From Candidatus Daviesbacteria bacterium (GTDB taxonomy: Bacteria > Patescibacteriota > Microgenomatia > Daviesbacterales > UBA10151): a DNA stretch of 64,000 nucleotides. Position numbers and translations under genes: made by a program. The notes beneath the pieces were generated by a model, which was not told the origin of the DNA, did no database searches, and worked only from the letters and a program-made list of their open reading frames with translations. Shown here piece after piece: positions 37,827-47,207 of the stretch. The DNA is taken from assembly GCA_028715175.1 (NCBI GenBank), contig JAQUSJ010000001.1, forward strand, positions 404,550 to 468,549, given 5' to 3'. Each line of letters opens with the position of its first letter. Position 1 is the stretch's first letter.

Positions 37827-38903
37827 ATGAAAATTCAAAAGCTTATTAATTTACCAATCAGTTTGGTCAGTTTCCTGCTTGTATCAATTGGCATATTGGT
37901 TATTTATTCTTCCTCAAAAGAGTTAGCCGTTCAGCAAATTATATTTACAATTATTGGTATGGTTTTTTTCTTTTTTATTTCACAATTTGAACTCCAATCA
38001 CTTAAACATTTGGTAAAACCGCTTTATATTCTTATTGTTATTACGCTTGCGGCCGTGTTTATTTTAGGTATAGAAACAAGGGGAGTTTTTCGTTGGTTTT
38101 CTTTAGGAATTTTTAATATTCAACCGTCAGAATTTGCTAAACCAATTTTAATTTTATTTTTGAGCAAATTCTGGTCGGAAAATAATCCTTCCTGGCGAAA
38201 TATTTTTAAGAGTATACTCTGGTCTGCGCCTGTTTTTTTGCTTATTTTTAAGCAACCGGACTTAGGTTCCGCACTGACTATAATCGCAATTTGGCTGGGA
38301 TTATTATTTGCGGCCCATATCTCTATAAAGAAAACATTAATACTTGTTTTAATTACTATTTTTATAATTCCGACAAGCTGGTCTTTTCTACACAGCTACC
38401 AAAAAGAACGCATTGTAAGTTTTTGGGCACCCGAATCGGATCCTTTGGGCAAAGGTTATAATTTGATTCAATCAACGATTGCAGTGGGATCCGGCCAACT
38501 TCTGGGAAGGGGTTTGGGCAGGGGAACGCAGTCAAGATTGCAATTTTTACCGGAATTTAGGACAGATTTTATTTTTGCTTCTATTGCAGAAGAAATGGGT
38601 TTTTTAGGGTCTCTCCTGATTTTATCGCTATACCTATTTTTATTAAGTTACTGTCTAAGGGAGGCGCAAAAAACAAACAACTCATTTAACCTGCTGGTAA
38701 TATTCGGTGTGGTTTCGATGCTTTTGTTTCAGATTGTTGTTAATATTGGAATGAATATAGGGTTACTGCCGATTACAGGCATTACTTTGCCATTGATATC
38801 GTATGGCGGGAGTTCGCTAATCTCAACCTTTTTATCTTTGGGGATGGTTGCATCTTCTGCCAAGGGTAGAGCGGACTCTGATTCAATCGTGGTTGACTTA
38901 TAG
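37827..38903 (+). CDS. rodA: SEDS protein RodA
   Basis: RWF, IQPSEFAK, QPDLG, GRGTQSRLQFLPEFRTDFIFA, TGITLPLISYGGSS; outside the dcw cluster. Confidence 0.88.
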   Translation: MKIQKLINLPISLVSFLLVSIGILVIYSSSKELAVQQIIFTIIGMVFFFFISQFELQSLKHLVKPLYILIVITLAAVFILGIETRGVFRWFSLGIFNIQPSEFAKPILILFLSKFWSENNPSWRNIFKSILWSAPVFLLIFKQPDLGSALTIIAIWLGLLFAAHISIKKTLILVLITIFIIPTSWSFLHSYQKERIVSFWAPESDPLGKGYNLIQSTIAVGSGQLLGRGLGRGTQSRLQFLPEFRTDFIFASIAEEMGFLGSLLILSLYLFLLSYCLREAQKTNNSFNLLVIFGVVSMLLFQIVVNIGMNIGLLPITGITLPLISYGGSSLISTFLSLGMVASSAKGRADSDSIVVDL

Positions 38904-38921
38904 CTTGGGAAAGGATAAAAT
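38893..38921 (+). promoter_or_regulatory. rplU promoter (leaderless geometry)
   Basis: TTGACT-17-TAAAAT, with GTG 7 nt later. Confidence 0.7.
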
Positions 38922-38928
38922 CTTCTTC

Positions 38929-39234
38929 GTGTTAAACTACGCTATTTGTGAAATTTCAGGAAAACAATATAAGATTATTCCAGGTAAAGTTTTTGAAATT
39001 AGCCTTCAGAAAGAGGGAGAAGATATCGAGGCGGACGTTTTGCTTTTATCCGAGGACGGAAAATTAGAGATAGGCACGCCATATCTCAAAAAAAAGTTAA
39101 CAGTTAAACGGGTGGAAGATGTGAAAGGATCGAAAATAAGAGTCAGTAAATTTCACGCGAAAGCAAATTACCGGCGGACAACCGGTTATAGATCAAAAAT
39201 TACCAGAGTAGTATTACCTGTGAAAAGAACTTGA
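38929..39234 (+). CDS. rplU: 50S ribosomal protein bL21
   Basis: YAI.EISGKQYK, IGTPY, K.NYRRTTGYR; start GTG 38929. Confidence 0.92.
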   Translation: MLNYAICEISGKQYKIIPGKVFEISLQKEGEDIEADVLLLSEDGKLEIGTPYLKKKLTVKRVEDVKGSKIRVSKFHAKANYRRTTGYRSKITRVVLPVKRT

Positions 39235-39267
39235 CAATATTTTTCACGGAGTGTATTTTAAGATCCT

Positions 39268-39513
39268 ATGGCACATAAAACAGGTGGAGGAAGTACCAGA
39301 AAAAATAGAGATTCAATTTCCAAGAGATTGGGAGTAAAGCTCTATGGCGGAGAGAAAGCGCAGTCCGGGAATATTATAGTACGCCAAAAAGGGAATAAAT
39401 TTTATCCGGGAGCAGGTACAAAACAGGGTAATGATTATACAATTTTTGCTACCGTTTCAGGAAAAGTTGTATTCAAAAAGAGAGTAGATAAAATCGTTAT
39501 AGATGTAGTTTAA
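39268..39513 (+). CDS. rpmA: 50S ribosomal protein bL27
   Basis: [29 protein letters not shown]. Confidence 0.97.
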   Translation: MAHKTGGGSTRKNRDSISKRLGVKLYGGEKAQSGNIIVRQKGNKFYPGAGTKQGNDYTIFATVSGKVVFKKRVDKIVIDVV

Positions 39514-39515
39514 GT

Positions 39516-40373
39516 ATGGATCAACAAGAACAGATTTACGAACTTGAGATAGATTTACTACAGCCCAACCCGCTACAACCAAGAGGATTGATCAGCCCCG
39601 AATCTTTATTGGAACTTGCAGAATCGATAAAATCCCACGGAATTCTGGAGCCTTTAGTTGTTGCGAAAACTCCTGCCGGATACCAGATTATAGCCGGCGA
39701 GAGGAGATGGAGAGCTTCTAAGATTGCTGGTTTACCAAAAGTACCGGTGATAATCAGGGAAACCAGCCCTCAAGGAATGCTGGAAATGGCTATAGTTGAA
39801 AATGTGCAAAGGATAGATTTAAACCCGCTGGAGAGGGCACAAGCGTATAGAAGATTAATGGATGAATTTGATTTGACTAACCAGGAAATTGCAGAGAGGG
39901 TGTCGAAAAGTCCTTCATATATTTCCAATACGATCAGGTTATTAATTTTGCCGGATGCGCTCAAAGATGCCTTAATGTCCGGAGCCACGACAGAAGGTCA
40001 TGCAAGAGGATTGGCTGCACTGGAAGATCCGCATCTGATAATAAATGCTTACAAAGAGGTGTTGAAAAGAAATCTTTCCGTACGCGGGACGGAAGAATTG
40101 GTCCGCCGGATTAGAACAAATATGGGTATTGGTCCGAAAAAAATGGCAGACATTCCACATATGCGGATTATCTCCGAAGAGGTTGATAAAATACAGTCGG
40201 ATATTGGTAATGTTTTATCCTCTGTAACAGATAAATCGCAGACTAAATGTTTCTTAAGCGGAAAAAGGGCCAAGCTGGAATTAATTATTGAAGGCGATCC
40301 AAGTAAAACTACACCGGTTTTAGAAGATTTACGTCAGGCAATCGTCGGGTATTTTAAATTAAAGACGGGCTAG
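39516..40373 (+). CDS. parB: ParB/Spo0J partition protein
   Basis: PNPLQPR, GILEPL, IAGERRWRA, ENVQR.DLNPLE, HTH. Confidence 0.93.
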   Translation: MDQQEQIYELEIDLLQPNPLQPRGLISPESLLELAESIKSHGILEPLVVAKTPAGYQIIAGERRWRASKIAGLPKVPVIIRETSPQGMLEMAIVENVQRIDLNPLERAQAYRRLMDEFDLTNQEIAERVSKSPSYISNTIRLLILPDALKDALMSGATTEGHARGLAALEDPHLIINAYKEVLKRNLSVRGTEELVRRIRTNMGIGPKKMADIPHMRIISEEVDKIQSDIGNVLSSVTDKSQTKCFLSGKRAKLELIIEGDPSKTTPVLEDLRQAIVGYFKLKTG

Positions 40374-40385
40374 CCCGCGAGTCGT

Positions 40386-40970
40386 CTATTTATTGGTTAG
40401 TAAGCCAATATCAGATATTGGATAATATCTAAAAAATGCTTTTCCAACGATGTCTTCTTTTGTGACCGGACCCCAATCTCTGGAGTCGGAGGAATGTTCC
40501 CGGTTATCTCCAAAAACAAAGTATTGATTGCTTCCTGCCTTAATAATATTACTTTCCTGCATAAAGGCGCCTGCCCGGGTTTGAGTGTCGGGCGGCAGAT
40601 AATTCTCTTTTATTATTTGGCCGTTAACAAAGACAGAGTTCTTGCTTATTTGTAAAGAATCACCCGGTACGGCAATGATTCTTTTAATGAAGTCCTGACT
40701 TTCATCCCGGGGATTTTTTAAAACCACAACTTCTCCATGTTTTGGATTTCTAAATCTATAGCTGATTTTTTCCGTGATTAAATAATCGCCATTGTGAAAG
40801 GTTGGCACCATTGAATTGCCTTGGACTTTGTGGAATTGCGCGATGAATAAATAAATTGAGACAAATATCGCCCCGAAAATGACAACCGTTTCAAAAAATT
40901 CGATAAAATAGCCGCCTAAACTGGCGAAAAAACTTTTCTTGGGAAGTTCTCCGTAAAGATCAGGTTCCAT
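40386..40970 (-). CDS. lepB: Signal peptidase I
   Basis: GNSMVPT, FIKRIIA.PGD, GDNREHSSDSR.WG. Confidence 0.95.
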   Translation of the reverse strand: MEPDLYGELPKKSFFASLGGYFIEFFETVVIFGAIFVSIYLFIAQFHKVQGNSMVPTFHNGDYLITEKISYRFRNPKHGEVVVLKNPRDESQDFIKRIIAVPGDSLQISKNSVFVNGQIIKENYLPPDTQTRAGAFMQESNIIKAGSNQYFVFGDNREHSSDSRDWGPVTKEDIVGKAFFRYYPISDIGLLTNK

Positions 40971-41049
40971 TCTATTGAATATATCAAAGATCTCGGTTGT
41001 GAAGCAAGAGGGGGAATGGTAAAATTTGTTAGTCTAAGGGTGCTTAGCT

Positions 41050-41121
41050 GGGTACTTAGCTCAGTGGTAGAGCGCTGCATTCACATTGCAGATGTCGGGG
41101 GTTCAAATCCCTCAGTACCCA
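41050..41121 (+). tRNA. tRNA-Val(CAC), CCA not encoded
   Basis: Cloverleaf with acceptor GGGTACT/AGTACCC, anticodon CAC at 41082-41084, T-loop TTCAAAT. Confidence 0.95.
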
Positions 41122-41180
41122 CAAGTTAGTTCAATCATGTCAATTCTACTGTTGCACACCGGGTGTGTGTAAGTCATCTT

Positions 41181-41204
41181 GACACTTTTGATCGCAAAAG
41201 TGTC
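41181..41204. terminator. Perfect 10-bp hairpin between the convergent tRNA-Val and giant gene
   Basis: GACACTTTTG-ATCG-CAAAAGTGTC; no clear U-tract. Confidence 0.4.
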
Positions 41205-41212
41205 CAAAACTC

Positions 41213-41359
41213 CTGCAAGTGATGTTCGAGCTAAAATCTTGTCTTTGCTCCTCGGGGAGTTTGCCCCTCTGGTATTCCTGCACTAAAGTGCTAGTCAGTA
41301 CCAGCTTCCCCTGAGTCGCAAATCCTACGATTTTTATACGCTCTCTGCATCAATTGCAG
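41213..41359. repeat. 147-bp irregular hairpin element
   Basis: Nested arms CTGCAA/TTGCAG, TGATG/CATCA, GAGC/GCTC, TTTGC/GCAAA, CTGGTA/TACCAG, GCACT/AGTGC. Confidence 0.65.
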
Positions 41360-41455
41360 AATGAAATTTTAGTGCATTTGTTCCAAGTCAAAGATAAAAA
41401 AGAACTTTTCAAAAATTTCTTTGTGATTTTAGATTATTCCAAACTAAACCCGAAG

Positions 41456-44400
41456 TCAAGATGGTCTTAAAAAGATTCCAAGACCGGATCGAACTAAGTG
41501 TGCAGCAATTCTGGGTGTCTCTCTTTTGTTTAAGGAACCTAGTAACATTCTGAATAATTCAGAACTGCTGAATCCGCTTGTATAGGTACTAAGTTTTGAA
41601 GTTGCCAATATCACCGAGGTTAGCATTTCAGGAGGTTGAGTTGAAGCCTTTTGGCTTGCCCGAAGTAACCTCAAGGTATTTTCTGCAAAGTTAAACCTTG
41701 TAAGCCCCAAAGCATTATTACCTAAATCCCACCCCATATTTTTAAGGGTGTTCTTCAAGTAAGCTTCATTACCTGAAGCTAAACCAGCAACTAAAGAAAT
41801 TGTTGCAAATCTTTGTTCAGTAGTAAGGTTTTGATGCATGCCTAAATCAATAAATATTAAGTTCCCTTGTTGATCCACAAAGATATTGCCGGGGTGCAAA
41901 TCTGCATGGATATTACCAGTGGTAATAAGTTGCGATAAGGCTTCTGTTACTATAGTTTGATTAATAACTTGTCCTGATAATGCGCCATAACCACTGGTTA
42001 TTAACTGATCCGCACCTTGCTCTCTTAAATCCCTGTAAGCTCGCAAGCTTATACCAGGGGCTACACTTTCCAGCATTACATCCTCTGATGTGAAATAAAT
42101 TTTAGGTATTGATACCTGTTGTCTCCTTTTAGAATTCCTTTCTGCAAGATCGGCTCTTAATTGGTCACTAAACTGTTTTTCCCTAGTAAAATCAAGCTCT
42201 TTATTAACAGCGTCACTAATTTGGGCTGAAAAATCCCTCGGCAAACTTTCTGCATATCCCCTCTGGTTTAATACTTCAATAATCTGTCGCATAACTCTTA
42301 GATCATGCTCGATGTTTTCTTTTTTTTGAGCTGATGGTCTTTTAAATTTACCCACTACTTGATAGCTTCCTTTTGGTAAGCCAACTGATTCATCTGTGAC
42401 TTCAACTGTTAGAAGGCAAGCCTGCTTATTTGAAGCAGCACCAATCAAATCATCAAAGGAGATTATTCTAATAGGACTGGTCGGATCTAATAAACCTGCA
42501 TCTTCAGCTAGAACCATCAATGCTCTTTTGGGAACTGTTTCACCTTCTGACTGAGATCTACGCAACGTTTTTCTGTAGGAATCCGGTACCCAATCTAATT
42601 CAGCTAAAGATTGAGATACTTTCTTACCAACTACTCCAAGCTCATTCAAGCTGATGGCTATAACCTCCTCAGGCGGTAATTTTTTCCCTCCAGCCTGAGC
42701 ATCTATAAAACTATTGAGTAGCTTAACTAAGGTCCTGCTGGCATGAGGTGGATCAGAGGATTCTAAAACAGATGTAAAAATATCTCTAAACAAAGCCACG
42801 TTCGGCATATCTTCCGGTAAAAATTCCGCTGCTAAAGCTCCGATAAATTCCTTTCTTTGATTTCTGGCTTGTTCCGCTTGCTCTAAAGGTACTGCTTCTA
42901 AATCCAAAACTCCCTCTGCACCTAAAAATAACCTTTTGAACAAAACTTCCCTTTCTACTCCTGTACTTACTGCTACTGTTTGAGGTAATCCATTTAAATG
43001 ACCATCAAAATTTCTCTCAATACCTAATATCGCTTTAGACTTTTCATTTGATAATCCTAAAAGCCAGAGAGTGGTTGCAATTTTATCTTCTCTATTCTGC
43101 TCTCCTATTTTATCAATTACAAAAACCATCGGCGAGCTATCCTGCTTATCCTTTTTACCCTCAGATGAGATCCTCAAACTATCCAGAACTTGCAATTGTT
43201 CAGGCGAAAGCCTAGCTGTGTTTTCAAAATTATTTAGGAAATGATTGCGCTGCAATGAAGCCTTAGGTAAGTAATATAAAAGTAAGTTAGTAAATTCATT
43301 AAAGTCTTTATGTAACTCCGGCCTTAAACTCAACTCTGAAGAAAACACAATTGCTGCTAAATGGTTTCTTAACCCAGAATCAGGTGTAAACAAAGGCAGT
43401 AAAGTTTTACCTGCAATTACTCTTTCTTGTGGTGTTTTAGCAGTATTTAGGGCGGCTTCAAGCATCATTTCTAAATGAATATCTCTTACAACAGAAGGTG
43501 AAGCTGCTACTCTTTGTAGTTCTGTAACCCGTTCTTCTAATGAGTACTTATTATCAAATAGAGTGTTTTCTACCCACAATAATCTTTGCGCCTGGAAACG
43601 TTGACGAATTGATCCATAATCTGAAGAATTACGGCCCGAAAGAGATCGTGATGTAGCAAAAGAATGCCGCCTTTTTAAAAGATCATCAAAATTTTCGCCC
43701 ACTCTGCCTAATCCTCTCCATGCCGGAAAGATTCTCTGCCAATCTTCAGATTTGATTGACCTTTTTTTAATCAGATAATCATCATAGTTGGTTGACGAAT
43801 GTTTGGTATCATCGCCTTCATCAGGAGAGAAAACTAAGTAGGCAGGCATTTTTTCAATATAGTTAGTTTTTAATTCTTCAGAAGCAAGCTCATAAAGCGA
43901 TAATAAATATTTTTCTCTATTGATGGAGGAGGGAAAATTAGATACGACCCATTCAACTGCCTGGTCTTGATATTTGTTTATTACAGCCTGCAACCCAATT
44001 TCCAAATCACCAACCTTCCATCCTTGATTACGATCCTCAAAACTTTTATCTAAATTTGATTCATTTAATTCTTCATCCTTAAATGTTTTTCTTTCGTCAA
44101 AAGGTATTTGTGCATAAAACAATAGACTTTCGTAAAATCCTGTTTGTCTTTGGCGTATTGTTGGACTTTTATTTAAGTAACTTAATATCTGTTCTATTTG
44201 GGCATCAGTCATATCAGAGAAGCATTCTCCAACATCTACACGTCTATCATGATCCAACCAAATTTGCCCAAATCGCTGTAGTTCTCCAAGGTTTATATCT
44301 TTATCGGCTACAGAAATTATCGCCTTGACTAAAGCTTCTTGGTAGGATTGGCCTTGCTGAAGGTTTTGAGAAAAGAATCTGCTTAAGAATTCAAAAGATA

Positions 44401-46846
44401 CGTTTGATTCCAAATCTGGGTTCCAGTTTTGGTATGTTTTCTTACCACCTACAACTCTAATGATTCTAACTAAACTATCTAATTCTTCATCTGTAAATTT
44501 GCTAAAGTTATGTACATCCTGGCAATCTAAGTATCCATCCACGAGCTCTTTAAGTTGATCCGGTGGCCAAGGGGGGTTTTTCATCAGAAGCTCCATATCT
44601 GTCGCCGGAATTACATATTTTTTTGACCATTTTGGCCATTCTCGAATTTTACCTAATTCTGCGGTTAATCTCTGATCAGGTGTTTGGCCTGCTTCAATTT
44701 GTTTTATGTAGCAATAAATAAAACCTATTGCTCTTAGTTCAGCAAACTGCTTATTGTCTACCTTACTAAGAATTAACCAATCTTCAAGGGGCAGATTTAC
44801 ATTGTTGTACCTAACAACTGTTGCGCGAGGAGAACCTAGCTCTTTTTGCATGATACCATCTAAAGGTTCTGTTACTGCCATATCGTATATTTCCTGCCCC
44901 AGCATTTCTTTAATTTGTGCAGTTATACCCCCAAGCTCATCTGGCTTTGATCCGATTGAAACACTTAAAGCTTTATGAATTGATCTTCGCGGGGACAGTT
45001 TGATACCATCTCCAAAATCCAGTTGGTCAAATGCGTTCAAAGCTCTTAAATAAAGATCTTTATTTCTTTGAGCTAACACATTCGTCCATTCATCATCTGT
45101 CCTCCATCTTCCATATGATAACGACATGTAACTTTTAGCTGTAGATGATGCTAAATTAGGAGGTAAACCAGTTTCTTTTGATATAAGACTAGCTAACTGG
45201 TTAATAATTTTTTCATTTGGCTGATAAAAATCTCCAATGCAGTCTACAGCTATTCCAACCTTAATTTGATCTATAATTTGATTTCTAATATGGCTATCCG
45301 TAAAATCAATAGATAGTTCCGTAAAATCTGCTCGATCTCTCCTGCCGCTTGCTCTATCTTCTTCCGCTCTTTCCTGATACTCTTGCTGATTACGGGTCTT
45401 ATCTAACTTTAAGTAGGCAGTTCGCATAACGTTTTCAGTGATTTGATTTGTTCTGTAACAACTAGCTGTTTCTTCCAGAAATTTCCTTTCTGGTGCGCTT
45501 ATATTTTGAGTAACTAATAGCGCAAAACCATCCTGGCATACATGGTCTAAAAATCTTTCAAAGTCTTGCAATAAAACAGCTTGAGCTCTAACAGTATCGG
45601 TAGGAAGTGTAATAGGTTTAATTAGGCCCCTAAATTCATAGCTGGCGTTTGCCTCCATTAAAGCCTCCTCTGCACGAATCATCTCTGTCCAAGTGCTGGC
45701 TATATCACGGCTGGGTATATCTCCCTCAGGCCTATAACCCAACTCTTTTTCTTGTGTATACCATGATTGATCCTCACGTAATTCAATTCTTTCTTCTTTG
45801 CCATCAACAATATAAGTGTGCTGGCAAAGAGCTTTACAAATAACCACCTTTTTAGCGATTCTGTCATAAAGTTCTTGTTGTTCAACTATTGCTCCCTTCG
45901 CAACTCCGACTCTTTCAACATGCTCTTTTAATATCTGAATATCCCAAAATTCCTTTTGACTCTTTGATTGCATAAGCATTTGATCAATATCTTCCATGGG
46001 CTTTGCAATAACAGTTTCAGTCGTTTTGTAGATTTCACTATCTTGGGAGATCCAATTAAGCAGATTAGGATCTGTTATTACTTGTCTGTCTTTGGAGGTA
46101 TTCGGGATTGGATGTTCGTCATCAGCTAACTCGTCCTCTAACTTCCTTATTCTATCTATAATTTCTGGATGGGAGATGTCACCCCTACCCATAGTTAAAG
46201 AGAATGACTTAAAAATCTCTATCATGGCATTGGGGTTATACTTAGCTCTCGCTAACCGCCTCATCCCTTCTGCATCGGCTCGATATTCTTCAGCATGAGA
46301 AAAAGAAGCTTTTAATCTTTCCCAGAAACTTTCATCCAGTTTTTTTACATAATCATCTCCCAATACCTCAGCATGTTTTAGTTCGTGAGCAATCACTGCG
46401 GCTATATGATCTTCGCTAAACTGAATTCCAGCTTTAGGGAGTCCTTCCTGAAGATGCCTTGCAAAACCGCGGCTTAAAACAACAGTTCGGGACCTAGGAT
46501 TAAAAAAAGCAATCATTTCTTCTGTATCAACAGTTACAACTTCTGTTTCTCCAGGAATGCCCAATTTTTCGGAAGCTCTTTGTACTAATTGCGAAAATTC
46601 ATGTGTTTGAGGAAGAATTTCCCCTTTTGTTTCTAAACTGGATCTAAGCTGCTCTCTTTGGGATGAATAATTAACTGCTGCAAAAGATATATCTGGATTT
46701 CTTGCTATTGTCATCCATTGGCTTGGGTTTGCCAGAGAAGCAAATTCTGTCTTTGAAGCTAGTCTGCCGCCGACATCTGGTTTAGGGATAACAGCAGCTT
46801 TTCCCTCTGTCTGCATTCCTTCGGTTTCTGTAGCACCAACAGTCAT
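41456..46846 (-). CDS. 1796-aa protein: N-terminal M48-like Zn peptidase plus C-terminal ABC1/UbiB atypical kinase
   Basis: AVIAHELKH, EYRAD, SHP...RI; KVSQ, GAASNKQ, VGKFKRP, ELDF.RE, HADLHPGN, IDLG. Confidence 0.8.
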   Translation of the reverse strand: MTVGATETEGMQTEGKAAVIPKPDVGGRLASKTEFASLANPSQWMTIARNPDISFAAVNYSSQREQLRSSLETKGEILPQTHEFSQLVQRASEKLGIPGETEVVTVDTEEMIAFFNPRSRTVVLSRGFARHLQEGLPKAGIQFSEDHIAAVIAHELKHAEVLGDDYVKKLDESFWERLKASFSHAEEYRADAEGMRRLARAKYNPNAMIEIFKSFSLTMGRGDISHPEIIDRIRKLEDELADDEHPIPNTSKDRQVITDPNLLNWISQDSEIYKTTETVIAKPMEDIDQMLMQSKSQKEFWDIQILKEHVERVGVAKGAIVEQQELYDRIAKKVVICKALCQHTYIVDGKEERIELREDQSWYTQEKELGYRPEGDIPSRDIASTWTEMIRAEEALMEANASYEFRGLIKPITLPTDTVRAQAVLLQDFERFLDHVCQDGFALLVTQNISAPERKFLEETASCYRTNQITENVMRTAYLKLDKTRNQQEYQERAEEDRASGRRDRADFTELSIDFTDSHIRNQIIDQIKVGIAVDCIGDFYQPNEKIINQLASLISKETGLPPNLASSTAKSYMSLSYGRWRTDDEWTNVLAQRNKDLYLRALNAFDQLDFGDGIKLSPRRSIHKALSVSIGSKPDELGGITAQIKEMLGQEIYDMAVTEPLDGIMQKELGSPRATVVRYNNVNLPLEDWLILSKVDNKQFAELRAIGFIYCYIKQIEAGQTPDQRLTAELGKIREWPKWSKKYVIPATDMELLMKNPPWPPDQLKELVDGYLDCQDVHNFSKFTDEELDSLVRIIRVVGGKKTYQNWNPDLESNVSFEFLSRFFSQNLQQGQSYQEALVKAIISVADKDINLGELQRFGQIWLDHDRRVDVGECFSDMTDAQIEQILSYLNKSPTIRQRQTGFYESLLFYAQIPFDERKTFKDEELNESNLDKSFEDRNQGWKVGDLEIGLQAVINKYQDQAVEWVVSNFPSSINREKYLLSLYELASEELKTNYIEKMPAYLVFSPDEGDDTKHSSTNYDDYLIKKRSIKSEDWQRIFPAWRGLGRVGENFDDLLKRRHSFATSRSLSGRNSSDYGSIRQRFQAQRLLWVENTLFDNKYSLEERVTELQRVAASPSVVRDIHLEMMLEAALNTAKTPQERVIAGKTLLPLFTPDSGLRNHLAAIVFSSELSLRPELHKDFNEFTNLLLYYLPKASLQRNHFLNNFENTARLSPEQLQVLDSLRISSEGKKDKQDSSPMVFVIDKIGEQNREDKIATTLWLLGLSNEKSKAILGIERNFDGHLNGLPQTVAVSTGVEREVLFKRLFLGAEGVLDLEAVPLEQAEQARNQRKEFIGALAAEFLPEDMPNVALFRDIFTSVLESSDPPHASRTLVKLLNSFIDAQAGGKKLPPEEVIAISLNELGVVGKKVSQSLAELDWVPDSYRKTLRRSQSEGETVPKRALMVLAEDAGLLDPTSPIRIISFDDLIGAASNKQACLLTVEVTDESVGLPKGSYQVVGKFKRPSAQKKENIEHDLRVMRQIIEVLNQRGYAESLPRDFSAQISDAVNKELDFTREKQFSDQLRADLAERNSKRRQQVSIPKIYFTSEDVMLESVAPGISLRAYRDLREQGADQLITSGYGALSGQVINQTIVTEALSQLITTGNIHADLHPGNIFVDQQGNLIFIDLGMHQNLTTEQRFATISLVAGLASGNEAYLKNTLKNMGWDLGNNALGLTRFNFAENTLRLLRASQKASTQPPEMLTSVILATSKLSTYTSGFSSSELFRMLLGSLNKRETPRIAAHLVRSGLGIFLRPS

Positions 46847-46911
46847 ATTATCAGTCTATTACATTCATAGTTTTAGTGCTACTTTAATCGTCAATTAGAA
46901 AACTATTGTAA

Positions 46912-47080
46912 TTACCGGTTAGGTTGGGCAGAGGGGGTAGCAGGTTTGGGTTGAATAGGAGCAGGATTAGAATAAACAGGAGTAGATTTATCTCCTGTAT
47001 CAAAAATATTAACTTCTTTTAACCTCGTCCATTTTTCTTGCCTAATTATTGCACAAAGGGGAGTTAGGGTCTGGTGCAGT
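46912..47080 (-). pseudogene. Possible start-less C-terminal gene remnant (Pro-rich)
   Basis: Open frame ...EKWTRLKEVNIFDTGDKSTPVYSNPAPIQPKPATPSAQPNR* with no in-frame ATG. Confidence 0.3.
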
Positions 47081-47085
47081 TAGTT

Positions 47086-47145
47086 CACCTCGAAGGAGTC
47101 TCCTTCGACTACGCTCAGGATTTTAAAAAGCTCACCTTCGAGGTG
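47086..47145. repeat. Composite palindromic element
   Basis: Arms CACCTCGAAGG and CCTTCGAGGTG enclose CTTCGACTACGCTCAGGAT, which resembles the 3' part of the 5816-5884 element. Confidence 0.65.
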
Positions 47146-47207
47146 TTGTTAAATAGGTTGGACAGAAGTGGAAGTTTGGCTCATTTTGGAGTAGAATATC
47201 CAGATTC

